From NCBI GenBank assembly GCA_963699545.1, contig CAVOUE010000006.1, positions 32,001 through 96,000 of the forward strand: 64,000 bases of DNA. The letters are read 5' to 3'. This stretch comes from Nitrospirota bacterium. GTDB taxonomy: Bacteria > Nitrospirota > Thermodesulfovibrionia > Thermodesulfovibrionales > UBA9159. The position numbers and the translations under genes are program-made. Below, piece by piece: positions 52,088 through 60,897 of the stretch; the first letter of the stretch is position 1; every line of letters starts with the position of its first letter. A model generated the notes under the pieces. It did no database searches, was not told the origin of the DNA, and was given only the letters and a program-made list of their open reading frames with translations.

Positions 52088-53155
52088 TTATGTCGCCATT
52101 ACACTAACTGGTAGGATGTTGTAGCCATAATTATAGCTCTTATCATAGACATAAGTATTGCCGTCTATCATAGAAATTATGTATGCACTTGCATCACCAG
52201 TGGATGTCCAGTAATAGGCAGGTGCAACATTTCTAAAGCCGATGATTTTCAACAAAGAAGATATATCCTTCTCGTACCCTGTCTGACTCTTGGCAAAGTC
52301 AATAATAGTTTTCAATTCATCCAGAGAAGGAAGCCTCCAGTCGCTCCGTCCTGCATACAGGTCGCTATTCATGTTTGACAAGTATTCAAGAACAACACTC
52401 CATCTCATGCCTCCGCCCATATTTGCCTGCTTTGGCCATATTAGTCCTGTTTTTTTGTCTTGGATTATCAAATCCGAAAACAAAAACCTCATCTCAACTG
52501 CTTGTTTGATAGCTTGTTTCCCTTGCTCCTGTGCTTGCTTGATGGCTTGGTAACTTTTCTCTCGTTCTTCTGCCTCTGCTTGCACTCGCTTGATAGCCTG
52601 GTAACGTTTCTCGCGTTCTTCTGCTTCTGCTTGTGCTTGTTCGATCGTTCGGACACGTTTCTCTTGCTCGTTTGTTTCTGAGTTAGTCAATGTGTTTTTA
52701 CTGGACCACCGTTCAAAAAGAGTACCACCAATATTCGGAGAAAACTCTTTGATCGCATCGTCCATCTTCGTAATATATCTATTCAAAAGGCTGATAATAT
52801 TATTACCGTTAATTAATTCGATTGCTTTATTCTGGCTGAAAGAAATTGCTTGTTTGGTAAAATCAGAAGTTGTTATTAGGATTCCTTTATTGGCATTTTC
52901 GTGCATCATCGCACCGTACAACTCTCTCACTATGGGTTCGCCAACATTATTGCCAGGCGTGTATTTCTTGCACTGAATCACATAACGACCACCCACAATA
53001 GGTTGCTCACTCACTGCGATTATGTCTATACCACCATCACCCGAAATTTTGGTAGTGGAAGCATTGAATTGCATTTTTGTCAGTAAAGTTCTTATTAGTT
53101 CCTCGAACTCACGCGGAGCCAATTTTAAAAGGCTGTCGATTTCAAAAAGTTCCAT
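52088..53155 (-). CDS. Mrr-type restriction endonuclease domain fused to DUF1566 (Lcl C-terminal, C-type-lectin-like) domain
   Basis: FEELI...SGDGGIDI...VIQCKKY...KGILITTSDFT...IELING; repeat linker; DKKTGLIW, YAGRSDWRLPSLDEL, YYWTST. Confidence 0.85.
   Translation of the reverse strand: MELFEIDSLLKLAPREFEELIRTLLTKMQFNASTTKISGDGGIDIIAVSEQPIVGGRYVIQCKKYTPGNNVGEPIVRELYGAMMHENANKGILITTSDFTKQAISFSQNKAIELINGNNIISLLNRYITKMDDAIKEFSPNIGGTLFERWSSKNTLTNSETNEQEKRVRTIEQAQAEAEEREKRYQAIKRVQAEAEEREKSYQAIKQAQEQGKQAIKQAVEMRFLFSDLIIQDKKTGLIWPKQANMGGGMRWSVVLEYLSNMNSDLYAGRSDWRLPSLDELKTIIDFAKSQTGYEKDISSLLKIIGFRNVAPAYYWTSTGDASAYIISMIDGNTYVYDKSYNYGYNILPVSVMAT
52537..52638 (-). repeat. 51-bp (17-aa) imperfect tandem duplication in linker of the Mrr fusion
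   Basis: QAEAEEREKRYQAIKR / QAEAEEREKSYQAIKQ; DNA units begin at 52537 and 52588. Confidence 0.85.
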
Positions 53156-53328
53156 TTAGCACCATAATTCTGCATCTTGTTCATCTTATGTAGAATTATA
53201 CCCAGAGAATATAGTTGCAGGCAAGATCTATCTTTCTATGAAACTGCTCTTGACATTAAGGATGCCGGTCTTTAAAATCCGTTGAGATATGACTTGCCTT
53301 ACCTATTTTGAGAAGGGAGGATGTTTTT

Positions 53329-54201
53329 ATGGCGGACAACACGCTATTTTCATTATACCTTGTAATTTTTCTTGATCTCCTCGGTCAGCAAGATGCAATT
53401 AAAAGGATAGGAGATGATTTCCCTGCAAGTGATGAAAGTAGGGAGAAGTTTGCGATACCTGTCAGAGAGAGTCTGGGAAAGGTTCTTGACATCCGTAAGA
53501 CGTTTGAAGAATATTTCCACGCCTCGGCAAAATATATTCCAAATAATACTGAGAGTGTACCGCCTATGTACCGTGATGAGTACGTTTCTTGTTTCCAATC
53601 TGAGATAGATTTTTATTGCGTATCGGATTCAATAATTGTTTCATTACCGTTAACAAATGAAAATGAAAATGCGAAAGCTGTTAAAGGGCTATCGTCAGCT
53701 CTTGTGGCTACTGGCGCAATAGGGTTGGCGGCGCTTGCAAAGGGAATTGCCATTCGTGGAGGAATAGACGTTGGAATAGCCGCAAAGATTGATGATCGGG
53801 AAATATACGGGCCTGCATTACAGAAAGCTATTTATTTAGAAAGCGAGCTTGCGGAGTATCCACGTTTTCTTGTAGGCAATGGATTAGTAGGCTATTTGAG
53901 ATGGGTGGGAAAAAAGCAATTTCAGACTCCTTTTGGTGAGATCGCAAGAATCATGGCGCGACACTGTAGTGAAATGATTTTTCAGGATACAGATGGACGA
54001 GTTTGTCTGGATTTCCTTGGTACTAAATTTAAGGAAATCAGCGATAAAACCTTGACAATCGAGCTAATTAAGGAAGCGTGGAAGTTTGTGTCTTCTGAAT
54101 ACGAGAGATTTGCTAAGGAGGAAGATGTCAAATTGACATCTCGCTATTTTAGATTGATGTATTACTTCGTCTCTCGCAAGGGCATATGGGGAATCAATTG
54201 A
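53329..54201 (+). CDS. Hypothetical protein with class III nucleotide-cyclase-like motifs
   Basis: GGGAGG SD; IFLDLLG, VSDSIIVS, IRGGIDVG, YGPALQKAIYLES, YPR; AT-rich codon usage. Confidence 0.65.
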   Translation: MADNTLFSLYLVIFLDLLGQQDAIKRIGDDFPASDESREKFAIPVRESLGKVLDIRKTFEEYFHASAKYIPNNTESVPPMYRDEYVSCFQSEIDFYCVSDSIIVSLPLTNENENAKAVKGLSSALVATGAIGLAALAKGIAIRGGIDVGIAAKIDDREIYGPALQKAIYLESELAEYPRFLVGNGLVGYLRWVGKKQFQTPFGEIARIMARHCSEMIFQDTDGRVCLDFLGTKFKEISDKTLTIELIKEAWKFVSSEYERFAKEEDVKLTSRYFRLMYYFVSRKGIWGIN

Positions 54202-54403
54202 TCTAATTAGAACGTATGAGAACGAAACAATACCTTTGTGTAAAGGGCATCATGGATGGTGAAAGAATCCCTGAAAAGGAGAAGAAGGAGGGCCAACCAC
54301 CTTTTCCCCGATTCTCAGTGGATAAGAGAATAACCCATTGACGCTTCCCGTATTTCCTGATAGATATGCTTTTTAAGTGCCTCCAGGGAAGGGACGCAGA
54401 GCT

Positions 54404-54524
54404 TGTCTAAAAACTCAGTACTTGTTTCCGCTGGCTTGACCGGGGGAAACATGACTATTAAGAAAGACTGGATTCCCGCCTACGCGGGAATGACGACTGC
54501 TATTGAAAAGCAAGTTGTTAGACA
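54404..54524. mobile_element. Candidate MITE containing an ATTCCCGC-N4-GCGGGAAT palindrome
   Basis: Terminal inverted repeats TGTCTAAAAACT / AGTTGTTAGACA (11 of 12 match); internal hairpin 54472-54491; no ORF. Confidence 0.5.
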
Positions 54525-54597
54525 CGTTCCAAAGACAAGATCAGGGTTGAAATAACAAAAGACAATTATGACGTTCTCTAATATAATTATGATCTGA

Positions 54598-55570
54598 CTA
54601 TTTGTTGAGGACTTTTGCAGCATCCTTTGCAAAATAGGTAAGAATAAGATCCGCCCCGGCCCGCTTTATGGAGGTGAGGATCTCCATCATCATTCTTTCC
54701 TCATCGATCCATCCGAGCCTGCCCGCTGCCTTCACAAGGGAATATTCCCCGCTCACGTTGTATGCAGCCACAGGGACATCGAAATTGTCCTTCACATCCG
54801 AAATGATGTCCAGGTAGGAGAGAGCAGGCTTCACCATCACAATGTCCGCCCCTTCCTCGATATCAAGGGCAACCTCTTTCAGCGCCTCGATCCTGTTTGA
54901 CGGGTCCATCTGGTAGGAACGCCTGTCCCCAAACCGTGGAGTAGACTCCGCGGCCTCCCTGAAAGGCCCGTAGAAGGCAGAAGCGTATTTTGCGGCATAG
55001 GACATGATCGGCACTTCAGGGAATCCCTCATCGTCCAGCGCAAGGCGGATCGTTTCAACCCTGCCGTCCATCATATCCGAGGGTGCCACCATATCAGCAC
55101 CAGCCCTTGCGTGGGAAAGGGCTTCCTTTGCCAGAAGTTCGAGAGTGGGATCATTGGCCACATCCCCCCCCTCTATGATCCCGCAATGACCATGGCTCGT
55201 ATATTCGCACATGCAGACGTCCGTGATCACATACAACCCCGGCGCCGCATCTTTTATCGCCCTGATGGCTCTCTGCACGACTCCCCTGTCATCAAAGGCG
55301 CCGGACCCTTTTTCGTCCTTATGCTCGGGGATCCCGAAGAGTATCACCGAAGGAATGCCCAGGGAATGGACTTCCTTTGCGGTCCTGCCCACCTTGTCGA
55401 CGGACTCCTGGAAACACCCGGGCATTGCCAAGATCTCTTTCTTCACTCCCCTGCCATGGGTGACAAAGAGAGGATAGATGAAGTCATCAGGGCACAGCGT
55501 GGTTCTCCCTTACCATCCTCCTGATCGTCTCATTCTTCCTCAGCCTTCGGGGTCTATGAACGGGGAACAT
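54598..55570 (-). CDS. hemB: Porphobilinogen synthase (frameshift near 55503)
   Basis: [11 protein letters not shown] start at 55570, [45 protein letters not shown]. Confidence 0.96.
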
Positions 55571-55589
55571 ACCTTGATCCGGTCCTCTC

Positions 55590-55910
55590 TTAGCCGCAGG
55601 AGCTGCAGCCCGAGTCGCAGGAAGAGGGCTCGCCGCCGGTAAGGATAAACCCCTGCCTCTCGCCATCCTCGATAAAATCGATCTGCATGCCGCCGAGGCT
55701 CTTGAGGGTATTTTGGTCGATGAAGACCTTCAGCCCGTCCTTCTCAACGACCTCGTCACCATCGCCGGGCTTCTCATCTAGATCCATGCCATAGGACGGC
55801 CCGCAACAGCCGCCGCCCGCGCTATAGATCCGCAGGCCCCAGTCAGCCTTTCCTTCCGCCGTGAGTATCTCCTTTGCCTTTTTCGTCGCCACTTCCGATA
55901 TTGTTACCAC
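55590..55910 (-). CDS. HesB/IscA-family A-type Fe-S carrier
   Basis: GLRI..GGGCCGPSYGMDLD, DEVVEKDGLKVFID, C-terminal CDSGCSSCG; GGAGG SD before GTG 55910. Confidence 0.85.
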   Translation of the reverse strand: MVTISEVATKKAKEILTAEGKADWGLRIYSAGGGCCGPSYGMDLDEKPGDGDEVVEKDGLKVFIDQNTLKSLGGMQIDFIEDGERQGFILTGGEPSSCDSGCSSCG

Positions 55911-56119
55911 AACATCCTCCTTATGGTTCCTCTCCAAATATCTTGCGATATAGGGAAGACCTTTTTATTTAAGATAAAGGAAAAGCGGCTGAAAAAGCAA
56001 GGAAACAGGGCGAATGATTCCCGTCAGACAGCAAGCGGTTTTATCCTGTTATTGCAAAGGCCGGATTTTCTGATAAGATGAAATAAAGATCAACGCGTGC
56101 ACGCAAGGAGCGTGCGGAC

Positions 56120-56362
56120 ATGAAAACCAGGGTCAAAGAAATACTAAGAACGTTGAACGAGATCGGCGAGGGCGCCGAAGACTGCATGTCATTGTTACAG
56201 ACCTCATTCCTTTACCATTCACTGCGCCTGATCGAAGGGCTCTGCATCCCTTTTGCGTCATCTCTCTATATCAACATGCTGGACGAGATAAAGAATATCG
56301 GCTGGCACGCAAGAGAGATAGCCACGAAGCTCACCGCTGAAATGGGAGGAGAAGTAGATTAG
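56120..56362 (+). CDS. Short hypothetical protein, possibly a PhoU-like helical fragment
   Basis: AAGGAG SD; RLIEGLCIP.ASSLYINMLDEIKNIGWHAREIA resembles PhoU-repeat C-termini. Confidence 0.5.
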   Translation: MKTRVKEILRTLNEIGEGAEDCMSLLQTSFLYHSLRLIEGLCIPFASSLYINMLDEIKNIGWHAREIATKLTAEMGGEVD

Positions 56363-56365
56363 CAG

Positions 56366-57280
56366 ATGTCGGTGATCGTTGCCTATCGCACACTCTCCCG
56401 TGCGGAGCTCTGGGAACGCGTAGAGCTTGCTGAAGAACTCTTAAATGAATGCGACCTCTGCCCGAGAAACTGTGGGATTGACAGGACTGCCGGAGAGACC
56501 GGCTTCTGCAAGACCGGCGACAAGCCGCTGGTCTCAAGCTGGGGGCCCCATTTCGGAGAGGAAAGACCTCTGGTGGGGAGGTTCGGATCGGGGACTATAT
56601 TTTTCAGCCGCTGCAATCTCGGCTGCGTCTTCTGTCAGAACTGGACGATAAGCCATCAGGGAAAAGGAGAGGAGATCTCCTTCGGACGGCTCGCCGGGAT
56701 CATGCTGGAACTTCAGGAGGCCGGATGCCATAACATCAACCTCGTGACGCCGACCCATCAAACGCCGATGATCCTCCGCGCGCTATCGCTTGCCGCAGAA
56801 AAGGGACTCGCCATTCCCATTGTTTACAACTGTGGCGGATACGAATCCGTCGAGACGCTGAAACTCCTGGAAGGGGTCGTTGATATCTACATGCCTGATT
56901 TCAAATACGCAGACCCTGACATGGCTTTCCGTTACTCGCAAGCGGACGACTACCCCCGGGTAGCAAAGGCCGCGCTCAAAGAGATGCATGCCCAGGTGGG
57001 CGACCTCTCCATGGATGTGAAGGGCATCGCTCTGCGTGGCCTCCTCGTCCGTCATCTTGTCCTGCCCGGGGGCATTGCGGGGACAGGAGAGGTGGTGCGG
57101 TTTATTGCAGAGGAGATATCCCGGGAGACGTATGTAAACATCATGGACCAGTATCATCCCTGCTGCAAGGCTTCAGAATACCCGCCCATCAACAGAAGGA
57201 TCACGAGCAGAGAATACGCAGAGGCGGTCAGGATGGCGATCGCTGCCGGCCTTACAAGGATCGATGGCGTTACGACCTGA
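56366..57280 (+). CDS. Radical SAM protein, PflX-like
   Basis: CDLCPRNC, HFGEE.PL.G..GSGTIFF, CNLGCVFCQN, HNINLVTPTH, DIYMPDFKY, VRHLVLPG. Confidence 0.9.
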   Translation: MSVIVAYRTLSRAELWERVELAEELLNECDLCPRNCGIDRTAGETGFCKTGDKPLVSSWGPHFGEERPLVGRFGSGTIFFSRCNLGCVFCQNWTISHQGKGEEISFGRLAGIMLELQEAGCHNINLVTPTHQTPMILRALSLAAEKGLAIPIVYNCGGYESVETLKLLEGVVDIYMPDFKYADPDMAFRYSQADDYPRVAKAALKEMHAQVGDLSMDVKGIALRGLLVRHLVLPGGIAGTGEVVRFIAEEISRETYVNIMDQYHPCCKASEYPPINRRITSREYAEAVRMAIAAGLTRIDGVTT

Positions 57281-57404
57281 AACCATTCACTTCAGGATGA
57301 TTTGAATTTTTTCACGTAAATTGTTAAAGTGGTTCATGATCGCGCCGCCCCCGTTTTCGAGAAGAGGTGTTATGTCAGTAAGAGAAGAGGAGGCTTCATA
57401 GTCT

Positions 57405-58571
57405 ATGGAAAGCAAGACGATACTGGTAATTGACGCTAACACCGAGACTGCTCAGAACATCGTAGCGACCCTCGAATCCGAAGACTATCTTGTCTTTATG
57501 TCCCCCGCTGCAGAGTTCGCTGTTGCCATCGCCCGAAAAGTGAAACCGGCGCTCATATTGGTCAACACCACCATCTCCGGGGCGGGCTCCCTGGATATCT
57601 GCGCAAAGCTGCACGAAATGGAGGAACTCAGGAGCGTGCCGATCATAGCCCTCATCTCGTTCCCGGGAGAGATGGACCCGCGTTATCGCTCTGAATATGG
57701 GATTGTGGACCTGCTCAGTCAACCCTTTACCGGCGAGGAGCTTACGGCAAAGGTCGCCGGTGCCCTTTCCATGCGGCCGCTTGATTCGATACAGGAAGAA
57801 GGGCCGATGACGTCTGAACACCTGGAAGAAGCTGCGGGCCCGGAAGAGGTACCTGTGGAGAAGACAGGCAAGTCTGACAGGATCGTCGTGAGACTGAAGG
57901 AGAAGAGAGAAGAGACCGGGAACGTGCAGGTCTCCGAGGAGGGAACTGACGCTTCGCTCCAGCCCGTCGAGAGCAGGGAAGTCACAGAGGAAGAACGTGA
58001 AAAGGCATTCACGGCCAGGAAGCCTTTGAGGAGGAAAGGCTCAGCAAGCACGCTGTCTCCTGCGGTTATTGCCGCTGCACTCATCATCATACTGGGCGCG
58101 GCCGGGGTGATCGTCTATAAAATGGGCATCTTTGCGGGGACGGAAGCGAAAAGACCTGTAGCGGTGAAATCTGCCCAACCCGCTGGAGTGCAGCCTCTCC
58201 CGCCATCGCCGGCACCCGAACAGAACCCTCAGCAGGAAGTTTTGCGGGATACGCCCAAACCCCCTGCGCCGGTCTCCCCTCCTGCAGCAGCGTCTTCGCC
58301 CTCCCCTGCGCACGTGGCTGAGAAGAAGGGGGCGGGCAAAACAGTATATTCTGTTCAGATCGGTGCATTCAAGAGCGAGAAGAATGCCGAGGCCCTCGCA
58401 AAACAGTATACGGAGAAGGGGTATGACGCCTTTGTCCGGACTGCTCCAAAGGACAAAGAAATGCTCCACAGGGTCTTGATAGGGAAGTTTGAAGCCCGGA
58501 AAGAGGCAGGGAAACTGGCCAGAGATATCCGAAACAGGGAAAACGTTCAGGTACTTGTCGTGGGGGACTGA
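57405..58571 (+). CDS. Receiver-like domain / TM / Pro-rich linker / SPOR-domain protein
   Basis: N-terminal REC fold lacking the phospho-acceptor Asp (LILVN), acidic linker, TM helix, YSVQIGAFKSEKNAEAL...HRVLIGKF. Confidence 0.85.
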   Translation: MESKTILVIDANTETAQNIVATLESEDYLVFMSPAAEFAVAIARKVKPALILVNTTISGAGSLDICAKLHEMEELRSVPIIALISFPGEMDPRYRSEYGIVDLLSQPFTGEELTAKVAGALSMRPLDSIQEEGPMTSEHLEEAAGPEEVPVEKTGKSDRIVVRLKEKREETGNVQVSEEGTDASLQPVESREVTEEEREKAFTARKPLRRKGSASTLSPAVIAAALIIILGAAGVIVYKMGIFAGTEAKRPVAVKSAQPAGVQPLPPSPAPEQNPQQEVLRDTPKPPAPVSPPAAASSPSPAHVAEKKGAGKTVYSVQIGAFKSEKNAEALAKQYTEKGYDAFVRTAPKDKEMLHRVLIGKFEARKEAGKLARDIRNRENVQVLVVGD

Positions 58572-58764
58572 GGGCAGACTCCAAAGTCAATCTCCTCCCG
58601 GTCCTTCGGACCCGGCTATCCGGATAACCCTCCTCCCCGTTCTTCACCCGTATCACGAACCCGTTGCGCTCCTCTGTCTTTCTTTGATTTGACCCCTTAT
58701 CAGAGTTGACAAAGGCCCCATTTCCTTTTTATTATACTTAGACGGCAAACGGTTACCATCCACC

Positions 58765-58804
58765 GCGTCTATGCCAGCCAATTAAGGTATAGACGTTGTT
58801 TTTA
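58765..58804 (+). terminator. Intrinsic-terminator-like hairpin in leader of mvhD operon
   Basis: GCGTCTATGCC / GGTATAGACGT 11-bp stem followed by TGTTTTT; downstream of TTGACA (58706) - 18 bp - TATTAT. Confidence 0.55.
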
Positions 58805-58833
58805 CTGATCACGAAAGGATAAGAAGGACTCTT

Positions 58834-59253
58834 GTGGACCAAAAAAGCGCCGGACTCAGTATTACGATCTTTTTTTGCCAGCAAATAGACCCAAAGCAGG
58901 ACGTCAACAGGCGTGCCCTTGAAAGAGAGCTGGGTGAGCAGATCCGGTTCTTTCCCCTGCCGTGCAGTGGCCGCATCGATCCCCTTCACCTCATGCGCGC
59001 CCTCGAATCAGGGGCTGATAAGGTATATCTGGTCACCTGTCCCGAAGGGGCATGCCATTATCGCGAAGGGAATGTACGCGCCAAAAAGCGCATCGCCTAT
59101 ACCCAGGGTTTGATCGAAGAGATAGGCCTTGAGCGGGAGCGTCTGGAGTTGATTGTCACCTCTGCAGGGAATCCTGTGACTGTAGATGAACTGGCGCGTG
59201 AGCTCCTTGCCCGGGAGGCGTCGATCGGACCCTCTCCGGTGAAGGGAAAATAG
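58834..59253 (+). CDS. mvhD: MvhD/FlpD-family [2Fe-2S] subunit
   Basis: FFC, LPCSGRID, GAD.V...C...CHYREGN, IGLERERL. Confidence 0.85.
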   Translation: MDQKSAGLSITIFFCQQIDPKQDVNRRALERELGEQIRFFPLPCSGRIDPLHLMRALESGADKVYLVTCPEGACHYREGNVRAKKRIAYTQGLIEEIGLERERLELIVTSAGNPVTVDELARELLAREASIGPSPVKGK

Positions 59254-59293
59254 GCTTGAAGATAAAAACAGCTGATGATGAAGGAGTAAGAGC

Positions 59294-59962
59294 ATGATTA
59301 CTGCGGAAAGAAAACCTATTGCAGAAATTAAAGAAATGCTGGCGCCCTACAGGAAGATACTGGTAGTGGGCTGCGGGTCCTGCGTGGCTGAGTGTGCATC
59401 GGGAGGCGAAAAAGAGGTGGGACTTCTCTCTTCCGCACTCCGCATGGACGCGAAGGCATCCGGGAAAGAGATAGAACTGAAAGAGATGACGCTGGACCGC
59501 CAGTGCGTCTATGAGTTTATTGACCAGTTGACAGACGTGATCGGCCAGTACGACATTGTCCTCTCGCTCGCGTGCGGCGCAGGGGTACAGGCCGTTGCAG
59601 AGGTCTTCCCAAAGGTCCTTATTGTCCCTGCCCTCAATACAACGTTCCTCGGAGAGACAAAAGAGGCGGGTCTCTGGGTGGAGAACTGCCGTGGCTGCGG
59701 TGACTGCAAGCTCGGGGTTTTCGCTGCCGTATGCCCTGTCACCCGTTGCGCCAAAGGGCTGTTCAACGGCCCCTGCGGCGGCTCCAGGACTGACCGTTGC
59801 GAGGTCGATCCCGATGTGCCCTGCGCGTGGCAGCTCATTGTCTCCAGACTCGAAGATGTGGGTCGGCTTGACCTTCTGCGAAAGGTCCATCCCCCGGCGG
59901 ATTGGTCAAAGCAGCAGGGGAAGGGACCGAGGAAGATCAAGAGGGAGGACCAGAGAACGTGA
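59294..59962 (+). CDS. metV: MetV-type methylenetetrahydrofolate reductase partner subunit
   Basis: MITAERKP, GCGSCVAEC..GG, RQC, ACGAGVQ, CRGCGDC, CPVTRCAKGLFNGPCGG, CEVDPDVPCAW. Confidence 0.88.
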   Translation: MITAERKPIAEIKEMLAPYRKILVVGCGSCVAECASGGEKEVGLLSSALRMDAKASGKEIELKEMTLDRQCVYEFIDQLTDVIGQYDIVLSLACGAGVQAVAEVFPKVLIVPALNTTFLGETKEAGLWVENCRGCGDCKLGVFAAVCPVTRCAKGLFNGPCGGSRTDRCEVDPDVPCAWQLIVSRLEDVGRLDLLRKVHPPADWSKQQGKGPRKIKREDQRT

Positions 59963-60882
59963 TGACCGAAAGCCGGCTCAAAAAGGTTTTACATAGTGGA
60001 GATTTCGCCGTTACCGCTGAATGCGGCCCACCAAAGGGAGCCGACCCCGAGGTCGTAAGAAACAAAGGAAAGCTCCTTAAGGGTTATGTGGACAGCGCGA
60101 ATGTTACTGACAACCAGACCGGTGTGGTCCGTCTTTGCAGTCTCGCTGCCTGTGCCTTGCTCAAGGCCGAGGGGCTTGACCCCGTCCTCCAGATGGTCAC
60201 CCGTGACCGTAACCGTATTGCTCTCCAGTCGGACGTCCTTGGGGCCTCTGCACTTGGCATACGTAACATCCTCTGTCTTTCCGGCGATCATCAGTCATTC
60301 GGCAACCAGCCCCAGGCAAAAGGCGTCTTTGACATCGACTCCGTTCAGTTGATACAGGCCGTGCGTCAGATGAGAGATGCCGGCGAGATCATCGGAGGCG
60401 AGAAGCTGACCGCGTCGCCTCAACTGTTTATCGGGGCCGTGGCAAACCCCTTTGCGGATCCTTTTAAGTACCGGGCTGCCCGTCTCGCTACGAAAGTGGA
60501 GGCAGGCGCGGAGTTCATACAGACCCAGTGCATTTTCAATCTCAAGCGCTTCAAAGAGTGGATGGACCTCGTAAAAGACTACGGGATGGATAACAAGGTC
60601 TCCATCCTCGGCGGGATCACGCCCCTTAAGTCTGTCCGCATGGCAGAGTACATGGCGAAGCAGGTGGCCGGCATGGATGTGCCCGAAGAGGTCATCAGCA
60701 GGATGAAAGCGGCGCCCGCAAAAGAACAGCGGCAGGAAGGGATCAAGATAGCCGTGGAAACGATCCAGGCCCTTCAGGAGATGAAGGGTGTTCACGGGGT
60801 CCATATCATGGCGATCGAATGGGAAGATGTCGTTCCACAAATAGTTCAGGAGGCGAAACTTTTCCCGAGGCCCCAGGTTTGA
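59962..60882 (+). CDS. metF: Methylenetetrahydrofolate reductase
   Basis: VTAECGPPKG, NVTDN, RDRNRIALQSD, LSGDH, KVEAGAEFIQTQ, GVHIM. Confidence 0.92.
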   Translation: MTESRLKKVLHSGDFAVTAECGPPKGADPEVVRNKGKLLKGYVDSANVTDNQTGVVRLCSLAACALLKAEGLDPVLQMVTRDRNRIALQSDVLGASALGIRNILCLSGDHQSFGNQPQAKGVFDIDSVQLIQAVRQMRDAGEIIGGEKLTASPQLFIGAVANPFADPFKYRAARLATKVEAGAEFIQTQCIFNLKRFKEWMDLVKDYGMDNKVSILGGITPLKSVRMAEYMAKQVAGMDVPEEVISRMKAAPAKEQRQEGIKIAVETIQALQEMKGVHGVHIMAIEWEDVVPQIVQEAKLFPRPQV

Positions 60883-60897
60883 GAGGAGAGAGGAGCT

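Noticed and set aside
52088-52260. Complete diversity-generating retroelement
   Set aside because: Only a possible target domain; no AAC-rich template repeat or reverse transcriptase in the window.
56013-56028. Fifth CRP/FNR-type site AATGA-N6-TCAGA near the HesB/IscA gene
   Set aside because: Two mismatches and no good -10 hexamer at the class II distance on either strand.
58744-58785. c-di-GMP-I riboswitch (GGCAAAC...TATGCCAGCCA)
   Set aside because: Lacks the GNRA loop, GACGCAAAGC core and second stem; too short.
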